A stretch of 64,000 nucleotides of DNA from Chrysomallon squamiferum (GCA_012295275.1 CM022677.1:13640001-13704000); one strand, 5' to 3'; counted from the first letter of the stretch, positions 1 through 15,719 are shown. Numbers and translations: made by a program. The notes: generated by a model from the sequence alone, not told the origin.

Positions 1-1333
1 TAAACATAATCTCATTTACACATTCATTTATATCCCAATCCTCTAAATACATAACAATATATTCATACACATATACTCACGATTATGAACCTATATATGC
101 ATATATTTATGTAGTTTGTAAATGTCCATCTATCTATATCTATCCTCTCTAACACACATGTACATACATAAACCCAAATTCATTCACTCATCTCTCTCAG
201 AAATCCACAAAAAACACACTATCTTTCACACACATTTATATACCCATTCTCTTTAACACACAAACACATAATTATTTATAAAGACTCATACACACATACA
301 CATCACTTTGCCTATCTTACTATCACTAATCTATCTATCTATATAATTATTGTCTGCTTATCTCACTAGGCATCATCTAACAATCCATCTATCTAACTAT
401 TTCTCTATCAATCTATCTCACTGTCAAAATTAGTCACACAAACACACACACGCATGCACACACACATACACACACACACACTCTCTCTATTTGCCCCTTT
501 TCAAAATGCATTATTTAAATACACTTTTTCTTACACAAACTGACAATCCTCCTTTAACACAGCCATACAGCAATCCTCTCTAGCAAACATACATACACAT
601 CAAGACCTCCACACTTCCCTATCCACCTCTCTCTATCTGTCTTTGTATCTTTATTCAAATGTGTCTGTCTATCTATCTATATATCTATATATCTATCTAC
701 CTACCTAGCTACCTATCTATCTATCAATCTATTTATCAATATATTTATTCATTTTTCTATTTATCCCATGTACATAAGCAAAACTCTCTCTAACACACAA
801 ACAACAGACTCAGTCTTTCTTACATTTGTGCCTTCTTGTTTATCTTTCTAGTAATCTATCTACCTTTCTTCATGTTTATCAAGCTACCTTTCTTGTGCCC
901 ATTTTACACTGTACCCTATATCCACCCTGTTTTACACATATCTATGTAGTTACTCATCCTTTAATATAGACATCACTTCCTAAATACACAAATACATTAT
1001 CATTCCTATACATGTGTCAATGTACACACACATTCTTTAATGCATCTATATGTCCGTCAGTCTGTCTACAAATCATCTACTGAACTAGTGACATACTACA
1101 TATCTACCTTCCTATCAGTTTATCTCTCTAGCTTATATGTCTATTTTTCAGTAAATATCTGTATATCTAACTACAGACTACTTCAAACATCCGAATCTTC
1201 CTATATATCTAACTTATATAATCTATCTGTATTTATCTCTATATAACTTGTGTATTTATCTCTGGATGTCTACCTTTAAGTTATCAGTTCATCTATATAG
1301 ATATTCCCTGCTCCAGTGATTCATACCTACACC

Positions 1334-1373
<40 letters not shown>

Positions 1374-1999
1374 GTCTTCCACATTACCATCCATACTTCC
1401 CTACACCAATCTGTCTGTCTGCTGCATAACTATCTACATATATCTACATATCAACCTACTGAACTACTGTCCTACATACCTATCTGTCTCTCTCTGTGTC
1501 TGATGTCTATTAGATAACTATCTACATATATCTGCATATCAACATACTGAAGTACTGTCCTGCATACCTATTTGTTTATCTATCCACATTATGACAGATC
1601 AATAACCATCCATCAGTCATATATCTAATTCCCTGTCAAACTACCTACATACATAACTAACTATGCCTGCATTACAACCTGTATGATTTATGTATATATC
1701 TGTATGTCTACACTCTCAGCCTGGCACACACACATGACAGAAAGAAGAAAACACAGAATAGATAAATAGGCATGTTTGTCTATCTGCCTAAATTCATCTA
1801 CATCTATCAATTCATTTGTTAACTTCTACTGATCTAACTGTCTATCAGTCTATCAACATCTCTCTCTTTCTTTCTGTTTATCTTCCTGTGTATCTCTTTA
1901 CCTGTTAACCTCCCATCAGACAGTCAGTCTCATATCTCTGTCAATCATCTCTCCTTTCCTTTAAATCACATATAGTAGCTCTAAACTTACTAATATTGT

Positions 2000-2644
2000 C
2001 TATGAAAACAACATTAAGCTGGAACCTGCTTGTTGTCTATCTGTAAATATCATTGCTCCCCATCTTTTCATTTCTTCTGCACTAATTTGTAATGTAGAAA
2101 CACACAGAGTTTTTGCAGTGTCCTTAGTCATTATAGTGGAAGTTGTTTTACTGCCTTCCTGATAAAACCAAGAATCATCCACTGTTAACTATTGGAGAAC
2201 AATCAATCAGCACTGACATATATTGTCAACAACTTCTCTGTCTGGAAACTGCTTTGGATAGAAAAATCCATATTGGTCTATATCAGTAGATATCACAACT
2301 GTTTGAAGTAACCTTTATATTCTTCTCCATATTTTTATATCTGAAGCTGATTACAGAATCATGTCTTTCCTGTAGATACAATAATAAAATTTAATACAAA
2401 TAATAACTATTTTTCCATTGTGTTTAATTGTCTATAGTGTTAGAAAGAAATTATTATAAATAAACATCATCTGTCTCTTATTATAATAGATTTTAATAAT
2501 AAATAACAAATAATTTGAACAAAAATACAGATCTATGAAAAAGTATAACTACAAATTTTACATTCTGGTCAACTTCAAAAAAAACTAAATTGTCTTTTAT
2601 ATCTAAATTGATAAAAATATGTTAAAATAAAAATAATAATAATA

Positions 2645-2694
<50 letters not shown>

Positions 2695-3776
2695 AAACAC
2701 CACACTAGTGTTTTTCAAAGCTGAAATCCATAAAATTGTGAATACTCCTATGAATCTGACCTGCCTTGTACTGTAAGGGAGAGAGTTCGATCAAGTATTT
2801 GTACAAGTCTTTAAAAATAATATGAAATCTGACAGACTTGACAATTTCCACCTGTAAATTGAAAATATTTCATATAAAAAATGTCAGGCATTTTAGTTAA
2901 ATAACTAAATGATAAGTTCTGTCATTTACGTTTATTAATTGTTTGAAGTAAAACGCTTACGATATAAGGATTTCAAACAGTTTACAACAAAAACTATTTT
3001 ACAAAGTTCCCATCCATAACTTAAGATTTTTTTAAAAGTAAAGTAGGAAACTCATTGTTTGCATACATAATAGTAAATTTTTTCAGAAGTTTAATGTTTT
3101 TTGTTTTAACGAAAAAGAGTGAAAATTCATTTTTGAAGGACCTTTACATTTTTTTACATTTTTTCTATTGTAAAACTGTTATCAAGCATTACAGTGAATG
3201 TATCAAGGCAATCGTTCAAATAACAAGTAATCAGTTTGCTTTTTACATGTAAATACCATCTCTAATGCATTGAAAATGGAAATAAATATTAAAATAAAAA
3301 TGTATAATGGTTTCAAGTGTCATTTTACAACTACGTACTCAGAGCTGACCGCTATGGAGTTTTAAAAGAGTAACGTGTCCACATTATGGTACCTAAAGAG
3401 AATATTCATCCACCTGCGTTAGGGAAAATTTTCTTTTTTTATATTTTATTTCAATTATTTAATTGTATTCTAATATTTTTATTTTATTTTATTTGTTTTC
3501 CGTTGGTGACGTCTAATAATATCTGAAAAAATGGATAATACGAAATCGGTACAAGATGGTACATTACGTCAACGGTACAAACTAAAACAACAACAAAAAA
3601 ATGTTTCTACCTTTACAACAATTACTTCTCAATAGTAGACATCTATGTATCAGAGGCATTGGTTATTTGACATACTTCCACAAAATACTTTTAATAATCC
3701 AAATAGAATTGATTGCATTATAAAGGTCTACATGTTTAAAAGTGTGTAAACACTGATCGGCGTTCGATGTTGCCAT
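2000..3776 (-). pseudogene. Decayed three-exon gene remnant, product unrecognised (copy A; partial copies at 14750-15995 and 53700-54616)
   Basis: Minus-strand exons: ATG 3776-3611 (AAAG|gtagaa), 2851-2761 (tttacag|...GGCAG|gtcaga), and 2369 onward (tctacag|G). The splice phases (1, then 2) join into one frame that contains several stops. Exon 1 is open in copy B (ORF 15995-15801). Confidence 0.55.
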
Positions 3777-3817
3777 ATTGCATTTCGATCGGAAGTTTCT
3801 GTGAGCTCTCGGAAGTT
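3772..3817. promoter_or_regulatory. Candidate promoter motif cluster: YY1-like GCCATATTG plus two ETS-like CGGAAGT
   Basis: tgccatattg...tcggaagtt...tcggaagtt is kept in all three copies (also ~15991-16037 and ~54612-54657) and overlaps the ATG of the minus-strand remnant. Motif match only. Confidence 0.4.
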
Positions 3818-4661
3818 TTTAAACTTCCAAATTCAATTATTTTACGTCTCTTTTCTGAACCTTTTATGATTTAACTTTTACGGATGGTTATTCATATTAC
3901 CAAGCAGTGATCTGCGTCTTTCTTACTTTTTTTACCCAAAATAAATAAAATAAATAAATAAAATTGAATGAAAAACATTAAATGAAATAGGCATTTTGCA
4001 ATAATTCTATACATAATAATAACACATTAAATAAATCAAAAATATAGGAAACTGGTTATTTAAAAGACAAAGAAAACGCAGGGAATATTAATAAGCTGGT
4101 TCTGTCTGCTACAAAACATTATACAGAATTAGTTCTTTTCATCTAAAAGCAGCAACTCTAATTTAACGTCACCTCACATATGCGAGGAATAAGCTATTTC
4201 AGAAGTTCCCGGTCTAAGGGTAATAACTCTATTTAACACGTTGGTAAATATACAAAAAAGACTGAGTGTCGAAAAAATCACACATAAACACACACACACA
4301 CACACACACACACACGAAAGATCACTAGTGGCATCTTAAGTCTCCTGAATGTGTTTCATTCACTGAATTTACTAATTTCACTAAAATGGTTTTATTTAAA
4401 CCTACATATTATTATTTTTATTTCTGTTTAACGTAATTTTTTCTTTATAATAAATATATCCCTGAAATAACATTTTATTTCCTTTCTTAATCTTTTCTTT
4501 TCCCTTGTTTGAATATTTTATTATTATTATTATTATTATTATTTTTTTTTATCATTTTAAGTAGTATTATTGCAATTATTGTTGTTGTTTTTATCGTTAA
4601 TGTCGTTATGTCGTCATTATAAAGAAACAATTATCAACAGATAGACACACAAACGCACTCA

Positions 4662-4750
<89 letters not shown>

Positions 4751-5171
4751 GTATACCTGTTTGCCTTAGAGGATACGTTGTTAAGTTGATATCACGGAGA
4801 TGGTGTTTACATATGTAGTTAAATAATATTTGATAGGCAAATGAACTTGTAAGAAAATGCTTGTACATGCGTTATAATATAATATCACATTAACCTCGCT
4901 TTTCACAACTTTTCTTTTATTGGTCACATTAATTACGCAGTTCAGTTTTGGCTTTTTTATTTCTATATCTCTCTGTCTGTCTGTCCGTCTACCTATCTAC
5001 CTCTCAGATTGTAGAGATATGCACAGAGGTCGCTGTAATTATAACTTCAGTAATTTTGTTATAAACGCTGTAGAAAACATTGATAATAAAGCAGCAATGA
5101 TATAGTATGTCACAAAGATTTCTTGTTCAAGTAAAGTGTATCTCCGTTTTCACCATTCTTCTCACGTTTTC

Positions 5172-5220
<49 letters not shown>

Positions 5221-6111
5221 TAAAAGAAAACAAAAACATTAAGCTTATCCAGCAGAGTAGTTCATATTCACTTCAACATCTTCACCTTTTCCTGTATAGT
5301 TTATTTTATTTTTAAAAAAGGACTGAACATTGTCTCCGCCTTAGAAACTTGTTTTACATCGTATAGTGTGTAAAACTAATGACGTAATCGAGACTCGCGT
5401 GACACGTTGCGTTTGCTACAAATACGTTTTACTCTACGTTTACTACTGAATAAAAATGACAATTTTAAATAAGAACTATTCACTTGTTTATATTATACAA
5501 AACCAAAGCAGATATCACACGAAGAAACCCAGAGTGATCGTGACTGTTCGAGATTTATAGTGTAAATGTCATTGTTTTTACTCGAGACAAATCGAAAAAG
5601 AAATAAAATAACAAATAAATGTTTTAAGCGAAATAGGAATTTTTCAATAATTAATTAAGTAATAATAATAAATCAAATAAAGCAACAAATAATGAAAACT
5701 GGCTCTTTATTAACTGTTGAATTTAATTTATCGTACCTATTAGAATATTTTGCTTTAAAACATTTATAGAATTAGCCGATTTCATCTAAATGTAGTAAAC
5801 CGAATTTAGCTTCACATTGCATATGCATTAATGGTCTAAGGGAAATAACTCTGTATTTATATAATGATTATGTCAGATTATCTTTTGCTGGTTGACAGAC
5901 AACAAAAACAGATTTTGATCAATATATACATAAAAAAAAAAAAAAACACACAAAGACTATCTTTTTGTTGTTGTTGTTTGTTTGTTTTAAATTATATGAA
6001 TTATAACAATTTCAGCATGATTTTCCATTTATTGTTTTTAGATAAAATCCAATGGGTTTGATTTTGCAGATGTCAAGATTTAAAACAGTTGAGAAAAGTA
6101 CTAAAACTATG

Positions 6112-7415
6112 GTTCTGGGAAACAATGCAACAGGAAAGAGAGAAACGGAAAAAAGTAACAGGAAAAAATAAAGAAACGGAAAGAAAGAAACATTACTTTT
6201 TTTTACTAAAATTCCTATTTTAAATATGTTAAAGGTATTTCAAATTATTTTTTTGCCAAACAATATTTTTAATGCTTCTTAAATACTCATCATAAATATG
6301 CAGCTCTTTCACCCATTAATTATCATTCCCCAATTGATCATCCATATGTTTCACCATAAACACTATGCCAATCTATATCTCTACATCTCTCTAACATAAG
6401 TCAGTTTCCCAATTAAGTTGCCCAATTGAGTTTTAATTGTCATCTTGACCTATCCAATGGGTTCTTTAAATGTCTCAATTATCATTTTCTTGAAGAAACC
6501 ATTTAAGAAGCCATTCTCTAATTGAACCATTCAAAGGGTAATCCCTTCTCTTTATGTCCCTTTATCTTATCCTCAGATCTATCCCTTTATTTTATCTTCA
6601 GATCTATCCCTTTATATGGCTTCCCAGATGGCTTCCCACTTAATTACCCATGATATATCAATATCTTATCTTGAGGGAGCACCATTCCTGAGACTCATTA
6701 GTGCCATCATTAGAATACATATCACAAATATATCAATAAAATTTCTATGGAGTCAGAAAGGTGGATCAAAAATGTGTTATCATGGCCACATGTATACCAA
6801 GTTAGCTACTAGGAAGAAGAAGATTTGGTGGAAGTACTCCAAGAAAGTCAGTCTTGGTATGTATAAGGGTGCATATACTGTAGATGATTTTATTTATATT
6901 TTAAATTTCTTAAATGCAATGATGTTTTAATAAATGCGATTTAATTGGATGGACGGGAAAATCTTGTATATTTCTTCAGATCACAGTAAAAAAGCATAGG
7001 ATGGTTCTAATGTTTGAATATCTCTATTTCCGAATGACTTCATATTCTGGTATTAATTAGTGTATTATATTAAGTCTTTGTAGGTTGTCTGGCTACACTC
7101 AGCTCTATGGTAGATATGACTGATCCTGAACCCGGTCGTTCATGCACCTGATGACACTGAGATCTCATACACCAAGTGTCGCCATGTGTGACCACGCTGC
7201 GAACTCACTGGAAAAGTCATCACAGATCTTCACTCAACTCACAGCCGAGCTCGGACCACATGTACAGGCCGCCTTATCAATCGAGAACACTAAGCGCAGT
7301 TTACGCAAGCAACACAGGACTCCTCCAGTACCACAGCACCTCTCTGAGTTCATACCTACCAGATGAGTCGCAGAAGACCGTTGGCCCTTATCCAGAGCCA
7401 TTCCTACTCTACGAC
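6112..7415 (+). mobile_element. Degenerate FLYWCH-MULE (Mutator-like) DNA transposon relic, copy A
   Basis: IKFLWSQKGGSKMCYHGHMYTK...IWWKYSKK...KGA (~6730-6890) is FLYWCH-like. SSQIF...AALSIENTKRSLRKQHRTPPVPQHLSEFIP / KTVGPYPEPFLLYD (7150-7415) resembles the linker before the MULE domain. GGAAAAGA/GGAAAGAAAG short repeats lie at the left end. Confidence 0.75.
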
Positions 7416-8889
7416 AATTATTTTGCACATTATCGTAACATTGATAATAAAATTTAAATAACCCTCATCCTAACCATAACATACCTTAAACGTAACCTTA
7501 ACGAAAGGACTGAACTTAATTCTGACGCTAACACCATTTCTAACTGTGTTTTAATTCTGTCTCCCGTTCTTTTATTGTTTCGTTCTTTTCATTCTAATTA
7601 TATTTGTTTTGTTTTAATTCTATCAAAGTTCATAATATTATATTAGCTTTTTATTTTATTTTTTTTTTTGCATTTTAATTCTTTATTCCTTTCATTTTCT
7701 TGTTCCGTGTTCCACATTTTAATTCAATTATAGTTGGAAGTGTTTTAATTCTATCCTGTGACAGTTCTCAGCCTCTGATTGTTTTAAAGGTTTTAGCCAC
7801 AACTGTGTGTTTGCCTCGTTAACATCGTTTGTTGTTCTAAAATCCGTGTTCCAAATCCCGCATTGTAAAAAAACAAAACAAAAAAAAAAGTAAAAAAAAT
7901 ATTTCATCCATGTAAAAGTTTTGTTTTGCTATTTTTTGTTTTTTGTAGTGGTATTTAGATCATATGTACTATATTATATATTTCTAGGTTAGGACATTAG
8001 TCTCTGCATATGGGGATCAGAGGAAATTCGCCTTCCGAAAAAAATGAGGTAAAACAAATTTTCCTTTCAGTTCTGTTTAAAATTTGCTTCATTTGAAATT
8101 TTTTTTTTTTTTTTCGATAAACCAGTAAATATTTTTGAATATATATGTACCACTGAATGTTTTTTTATTTCTCATCTTTTTGTATTAAATTATTTTTAAA
8201 GAACATTTGTATGAAAAATGAGATGTGAGTGAAATATTTCATAAATTTCAAATATTTCAAGATATATATTCTAATTATTAAAGGTATTATGTGCATTGTC
8301 ATTTTGTTTGAATTACCTCCTTTCAGACATTATATAACACTTATAATTTTCATCAAAAATAGAAAAAATAAATGCTCTGAAAATTATCTATGAAGAAATT
8401 TGTGTTTCCCGTCATGACACTTTTTGCTACAGTATAGTTACCACATTCCTTCATAAAACGTGTTAAATGCAAAATCAAAAATATGATGCTATATACATGT
8501 TGTTGAATAAAACATTCATTCCTTCTTTTTCTCATTAACAAATATTATATTTATTATAATCAATAATAGATGAAAATGTATACAGTAAATTATTATTACT
8601 GTTATTGTTGTGTTATTATTGCTATTTTTACTATTAATGTATTATTACTACTATTATTACTACTATTACTACTACTACTACTATTGTTGTTGTTAAGGTT
8701 ATTAATATTATTGATATTAATTTTTATCATCGTCATGATTAAAATGTGATAAAAATAACTGAAATATCAACAAATGCTAATAAGCAGACAAAATGCGTTG
8801 AAAAATGTAGATTGATAAAAAAAATATAATGTTTTTATTAAAATTAATAAATGTTAATAAACTACTGATGTTAAATATTTAGTATTATT

Positions 8890-11800
8890 TCAGTATATTG
8901 AGGTGCTGTGTAGAAAGGTAATTTACATCATGGAGAAGGATGAATCAGCTGTTAAAGAAACCATTCTCATGCATTCTGAGTTGTGAGTTTATTTTATTTT
9001 GTGTCTTAGAGAAAATTCTTAATTAACAATAAAACAGTGTAATAGTAATCAGTTATTTGCTGTTTTGTTAATTATTATTTTTATTATTATTATTAACATT
9101 ATCATTATAATGCTTTACTTGGTGCCATGGGAATTCCCCTAAGTTGTAAATGTGTATCTGTCTCCTGGCAGGTAGAACCTGAGTTGACTTGCTCTTCTGG
9201 TCAATATTGGATCTATGTATTATATATATAACAGAACAAACACAAGCACTTTTAAAAACTGTATTCGCATTAACATTGAACATTCAACAGTAAAGATGAA
9301 TAGAAATATTGTAATCTGTCACATCAATCACATATGGGTTAATACAATGAAACCAGCAAATATATAAATAACTAATTACCAGGTGTGTTTAGGGGACAGC
9401 GATGGTTCCACAATTCTCTCCTAACAAAAAAACTCCAGGCTTTTATAAGAAAAAAAGGGACTTGTTTAATTTGGCAACTTTGAACTTTGCCACTAGACGT
9501 GTGTTGCCAGATCATTCTGTAAAACAAGAACCTGTAACACTGAGGCATTTTGTTGATTCGGCAGACAGAATCAACAGTCAGGATACATGACTTTTACAGG
9601 TGGAAAATTCTTCCCTCACACTTGGTAACATTATTTATTAAAGGGACAAGCTAGGTGAAAACCAAATCCATTATCTTTTATGTTATAGAATTGAAAAATA
9701 TGATTATTTTTGTGGTAAATTTCTATATTTTAAAATAAAAGAAGAAGAAGTATAATATTTTATGAGTATTTTAAAATGTTTGACTTTCCTGTTACCAGAT
9801 GGAACTGTCAGCCTTCACACAGTGTCACTGTTCCTGTGACGACAGACACACTAAACTACACTGGAGATGGATGTACAGTATCTGTTGTCTGTAGTTTCTA
9901 TTCTCTGCAGTCTCTCAAATTTCATGGGTTTGTTTAATATCACAATTTTTGTAAATAAAATAATATATCAGATGGTAACTTTAAAATTTAGCATTTTCAT
10001 TAAAATTATGAATGTTAATATCTAGTAAGACAGATGCGTTGTTGTTGCTTTTAAATTTTATATTTCATAATTGACAAATTCTTATTTTATTATTAGGTCA
10101 GGGTTTCTCTTCTTCTCTCTCTCTCTCTCAGGTTTCTCTCTCATGTTATTAAATATTTATTGTCTCATGGTTATTTATTTATTTTTCAGAGATATGTTTG
10201 AAAGATGGGTTAGGAACAGCTAATTCTTTATGTAATCTACACCTCATCAAAACATTCTGTGAACAGCATCTTACCATCTACTTTTTCCACTTGATAAAAC
10301 TAACATCTTCTGAATGGTAGGAAACAGAAAGTAAGTTTTGTGAGAGTTTTTAGTTATGGTTCAGGATTTTACTTTAAAAAATGTACATTGCAAGCCAAAA
10401 AATTGTATTATATCTTTTATTATATGAATTTATGAAAATTGTTATTGTACTGGAAAAATTTATATTTGTAATATTCAGTTTTAGTGTACAGACTGATGAA
10501 TGCTTTTACCTATGTAAATATATTTGTATTATTTAAAATGGATGCTTTCAGGTTTTTTGAAGATCCTTATATAATGTCAGTATTTCAGAAGCTGCCAATA
10601 AAGAAAGTTAATATTAAAGGAATGAGTGCTCCTCAGTTAAATTTTATGAAGATTTATTTCATCAGACAGCTTATATTGCAGGGTTTATTATTATTTTTAT
10701 TAATTTTAATTCAGCATCTTGTATATTAATTTTTCAAATGTCACGAAACACCAAGTACTCATTAGCTTTCACAAAACTGAGTTGAGATTCAGAACTAAAC
10801 AAATCAAACTCTACTTCGTAAGTATTCACTTAATCATTTGTTAAATTTATAGTGATGGATAGACTGGCTCAGTGGTTTCTGATTTTTTTTATTCTTCTTA
10901 TATTTTTATTATTATTTTATTTATTTATTTGTTAATCTTTCATCTCTATATTTATTTTTCCATCATTAACATCCTTTCCGTATATAACAGGCTTTTAAAA
11001 GATTGTTATTCTTTATTATTTTCTAATTTTCATTTCTGATATTTTGTTTATATAAAAATGGAAATAAAAAATAAAATAAAATTTTGTGTTTCATCCTTTT
11101 TTTTTTAAAATATTTTATTTTTATTCATCACATATTCATTATATAAATTCAATTTTCATTAAGTTCAAAATTTTTTAATCAAAATTTACTAATTTTATTA
11201 TCCATTAGTTTAAAGCATATTTATCATTTCTTCATTTAGTCATCCACATTTGTCTTCATCAGCCTGTCATCTGTATTAACTTTACTTTTTTAAATTTAAC
11301 CAGTTCTTTGGTTTTTAAAAAATGTTTAGCATTATTATCTTTATTATTATTATTATTATCTAAAAACCTTTTGCTTTTCACTTAATTCTCACTTTGCTTA
11401 TTTAATGAATTTTCATCACTTATCAAAAATAGTGACTGTAGAACTTTAAAAAATAAAACAAATAATAATAATAAATAAAAAAAAAAAATAAAGCCTTTTT
11501 GAAATCCATGAATTAAAGTTATTCTTTTAATATGTCAGATTAGTAATTTATTGTTTTAAATAATTATAATATAAAATATAATTCTAAAATATTTCAGTTT
11601 TATGGTGTTATAGAAACACATTTAATTTTTTAACAAAGTGCACACATGAATGTAAGCAGAATTTTCAGAATGTATACCATATTGAAACATGCATCAAAAT
11701 AATGATATTAATAATGTAGTTAGAAATCACCATTTTGTTATTATCTTTTCTGGTAAATTTTATTTTAAATTTTTATTTGCAGGTTAAATTAGCTTGCTAC

Positions 11801-12503
11801 TTGTTTATTAATTTTCTTATTTTTAAAGCCCTGCTCATTATTATTATTAATCTAAATTAAGCCATTGCTAAATTTAATGGACCAGAAATATTGAAATCTG
11901 TTATTATCAGATTCATGTGTTTAAGCTTTATTCACATGAATTATTACATGCATGTACAATCAAAACACTTTCTAGAGCATTTAATTAATTTTCATGGAAA
12001 ATTTGTTACTAAACTTAATAAGTGGTTAATTGTTACAATAAATTAAAGATGCTATAAAGCATTATTAGGATTAGGGTTAGGATTAGAGTTAGGATTACTT
12101 ATACATAAACCTGGGAAACTTGGAGCCATGGAGAATATTAATTTATAATGTAAAAACTGATCAATATCTAATTTGTTTTGATTTTGATTTTCTTTCTTAA
12201 ATTATTATTATTATTAGTAGTAGTAGTAGTAGTAGTAATTAAATTTGAAACATATCAGTTTTCATCTACATATTTTGTTCTCATTGTTCTATAATTCATA
12301 TTTAGATTTTTCTGTTACTTCTTTTTTTTGTTTATTCTTTTTTTAATATAAATTTATTTATTTATTTATTATAAAATAATTTTTGTAAATCCAAATAATA
12401 TAATACAATGTTTTTAAATTAATTATTTTGTTTTTGTTTTTCTGTTAGTTTCCTGCATTGTACTTACAAAAAATAGGCAGACAGGGGGAGCCACCATCTC
12501 CAG
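8890..12503 (+). pseudogene. Plus-strand multi-exon gene remnant, product unrecognised (copy A)
   Basis: Exon-like blocks bounded by splice consensus: ~8890-8982 (|gtgagt), ~9383-9624, ~9799 onward, 10190-10330 (ttttcag|...|gtaagt), ~10715-10817 (|gtaagt), 12449-12503 (tctgttag|...CAG|gtaaag). A frameshift and a stop lie in the ~9383 exon. Confidence 0.55.
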
Positions 12504-12954
12504 GTAAAGTAATAATAAACAGTACAACTTATACAATCTGTGTCATGTGACAGTATCACAGTATTACTCTGCCTGGTGATGCTGTTACATGACACAGATT
12601 GTACATATATTTCACTATTTCATTATTATTTTGAAATGTGTGTTACATATTTTTATAATCATTTAACAAACAATATTTTTTATTATTTTGTTTTTAGTTG
12701 TTTGTCAGATATAATTCATAGGGTGTTATCTATAAGCCATTAACACTAGGCATACTTTTTTTTCTTTTCTTTTTGTAATGTTTTGTTTCACAAATTCTTG
12801 TATCTGCTTTTTACACTTGAATATTGGCTGTGACACTGATAGCCTTACCTTGTTGCTGTGAACAGGCAGATATTTGTAAACAAAACCATCAAAAGTGTGT
12901 TTGAATTTATTTTATTCTTTATTATTGTTTTGTTCCCTCACTTTTAACATAAAC

Positions 12955-13154
12955 NNNNNNNNNNNNNNNNNNNNNNNNNNNNNNNNNNNNNNNNNNNNNN
13001 NNNNNNNNNNNNNNNNNNNNNNNNNNNNNNNNNNNNNNNNNNNNNNNNNNNNNNNNNNNNNNNNNNNNNNNNNNNNNNNNNNNNNNNNNNNNNNNNNNNN
13101 NNNNNNNNNNNNNNNNNNNNNNNNNNNNNNNNNNNNNNNNNNNNNNNNNNNNNN
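12955..13154. other. Scaffold gap (200 N)
   Basis: Run of exactly 200 N. Confidence 1.
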
Positions 13155-15684
13155 ATCTCATAGGCATCATCTAACAATCCATCTATCTAACTATTTCTCT
13201 ATCAATCTATCTCACTGTCAAAATTAGTCACACAAACACACACACGCATACACACACACATACACACATACACTCTCTCTATTTGCCCCTTTTCAAAATG
13301 CATTCTTTAAATACACTTTTTCTTACACAAACTCACAATCCTTGTTTAACACTGCCATACAGCAATCCTCTCTAGCAAACATACATACACATCAAGACCT
13401 CCACACTTCCCTATCTACCTCTCTCTATCTGTCTTTGTATCTTTATTCAAATATGTCTGTCTATATATCTATCTATATATCTATCTACCTACCTAGCTAC
13501 CTATCTATCTATCAATATATTTATTCATTTTTCTATTTATCCCATGTACATAAGCAAAACTCTCTCTAACACACAAACAACAGACTCAGTCTTTCTTACA
13601 TTTGTGCCTTCTTGTTTATCTTTCTAGTAATCTATCTACCTTTCTTCATGTCTATCAAGCTACCTTTCTTGTGCCAATTTTACACTGTACCCTATATCTA
13701 CCCTGTTTTACACATATATGTAGTTACTCATCCTTTAATATAGATATCACTTTCTAAATACACAAATACATTATCATTCCTATACATGTGTCAATGTACA
13801 CACACATTCTTTAATGCATCTATATGTCTGTCAGTCTGTCTACAAATCAATCTACTGAACTAGTGACATACTACATATCTACCTTCCTGTCAGTTTATCT
13901 CTCTAGCTTATATGTCTATTTTTCAGTAAACATCTGTATATCTAACTACAGATACTTCAAACCTCCGAATCTTTCTATATATCTATCTTATATAATCTAT
14001 CTGTATTTATCTCTATATCTGTATTGATCTCTGTATATCTATCTGTATTGATCACTGTATATCTAGCTATATTGATCGCTGTATATATATCTGTATTACC
14101 TCTGTATATCTGTCTATATAACTTGTGTATTTATCTCTGGATGTCTACCTTTAAGTTATCAGTTCATCTATATAGATATTCCCTGCTCCAATGATTCATA
14201 CCTACACCTGTGTATATATTACCACATTACCATCCATACTTCCCTACACCAATCTGTCTGTCTGCTGCATAACTATCTACATATATCTACATATCAACCT
14301 ACTGAACTACTGACCTGCATACCTATTTGTTTATCTATCCACATTATGACAGATCAATAACCATCCATCAATCACATATCTAATTCCCTATCAAACTACC
14401 TACATACATAACTAACTATGCCTGCATTACAATGTATGATTTATGTATATATCTGTATGTCTACACTCTCAGCCTGGCACACAAACACACATGACAGAAA
14501 GAAGAAAACACAGAATAGATAAATAGGCATGTTTGTCTATCTGCCTAAATTCATCTACATCTATCAATTCATTCGTTAACTTCTACTGATCTAACTGTCT
14601 ATCAATCTATCAACATCTCTTTCTTTCTTTCTGTATATCTTCCAGTTTATTTCTTTACCTGTTAACCTCCCATCAGACAGTCAGTCTCATATCTCTGTCA
14701 ATCATCTCTCCTTTCCTTTAAATCACATATAGTAATATTGCTAATATTGTTTATGAAAACAATGTTTGTTGTCTATCTGTAAATATCATTGCTCCCCATC
14801 TTTTCATTTCTTCTGCACTAACTTGTAATGTAGAACTGCACAGAGCTTTTGTAAGTGTCATTATAATGGAAGTTGTTTTACTGCCTTCCTGATAAAACCA
14901 AGAATCATCCACTGTTAACTATTGGAGAACAATCAATCAACACTGACATATATTGTCAACAACTTCTCTGTCTGGAAACTGCTTTGGATAGAAAAATCCA
15001 TATTGGTCTATATCAGTAGATATCACAACTGTTTGAAGTAACCTTTATATTCTTCTCCATATTTTTATATCTGAAGCTGATTACAGAATCATGTCTTTCC
15101 TGTAGATACAATAATAAAATTTAATACAAATAATAACTATTTTTCCATTGTGTTTAATTGTCTATAGTGTTAGAAAGAAATTATTATAAATTGTAATAGA
15201 TAAGTTCTGTCATTTATTAGTTTATTGATTGTTTGAGATAAATCACTTACGATAAAAGGATTTCAAACAGTTTACAACAAAAATTATGTTACAAAGTTCC
15301 CGTCCATAACTTAAGATTTAAAAAAATTAAAAAAGGAAACTCATTGTTTGCATACATGATAGTACATGTTTCAGAAGTTGAATGCTTTTTGTTTTAACGA
15401 AAAAGACTGAAAAATTAATACATGTAAATACCATCTCTAATGCACTGAAAATGGAAATAAATATTAAAATAAAAATGTATAATGGTTTCAATTGTCGTTT
15501 TACAACTACGTACTCAGAGCTGACCGCTATGGAGTTTTAAAAGAGTAACGTGTCCACATTATGTACCTAAAGAGAATGTTAATCCACCAGCGTCAGTGAA
15601 ATTTTTTCTTTCTTTTTTTCTTTTATTTCAGTTATTTAATTTTATTCTAATATTTTTCTTTTCTTTATTTATTTATTATTATTA

Positions 15685-15719
<35 letters not shown>

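Larger units (their letters stand above)
1..10700 (+). repeat. Segmental duplication copy A (runs off the left edge of the window)
   Basis: Collinear with B and C. For example, position 1 taaacataatctcatttacacattc matches ~53050, and ~360 atctcactaggcatcatctaac matches 13155. Homology with B runs to ...cttatattgcaggg at ~10683/23843. Confidence 0.93.
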
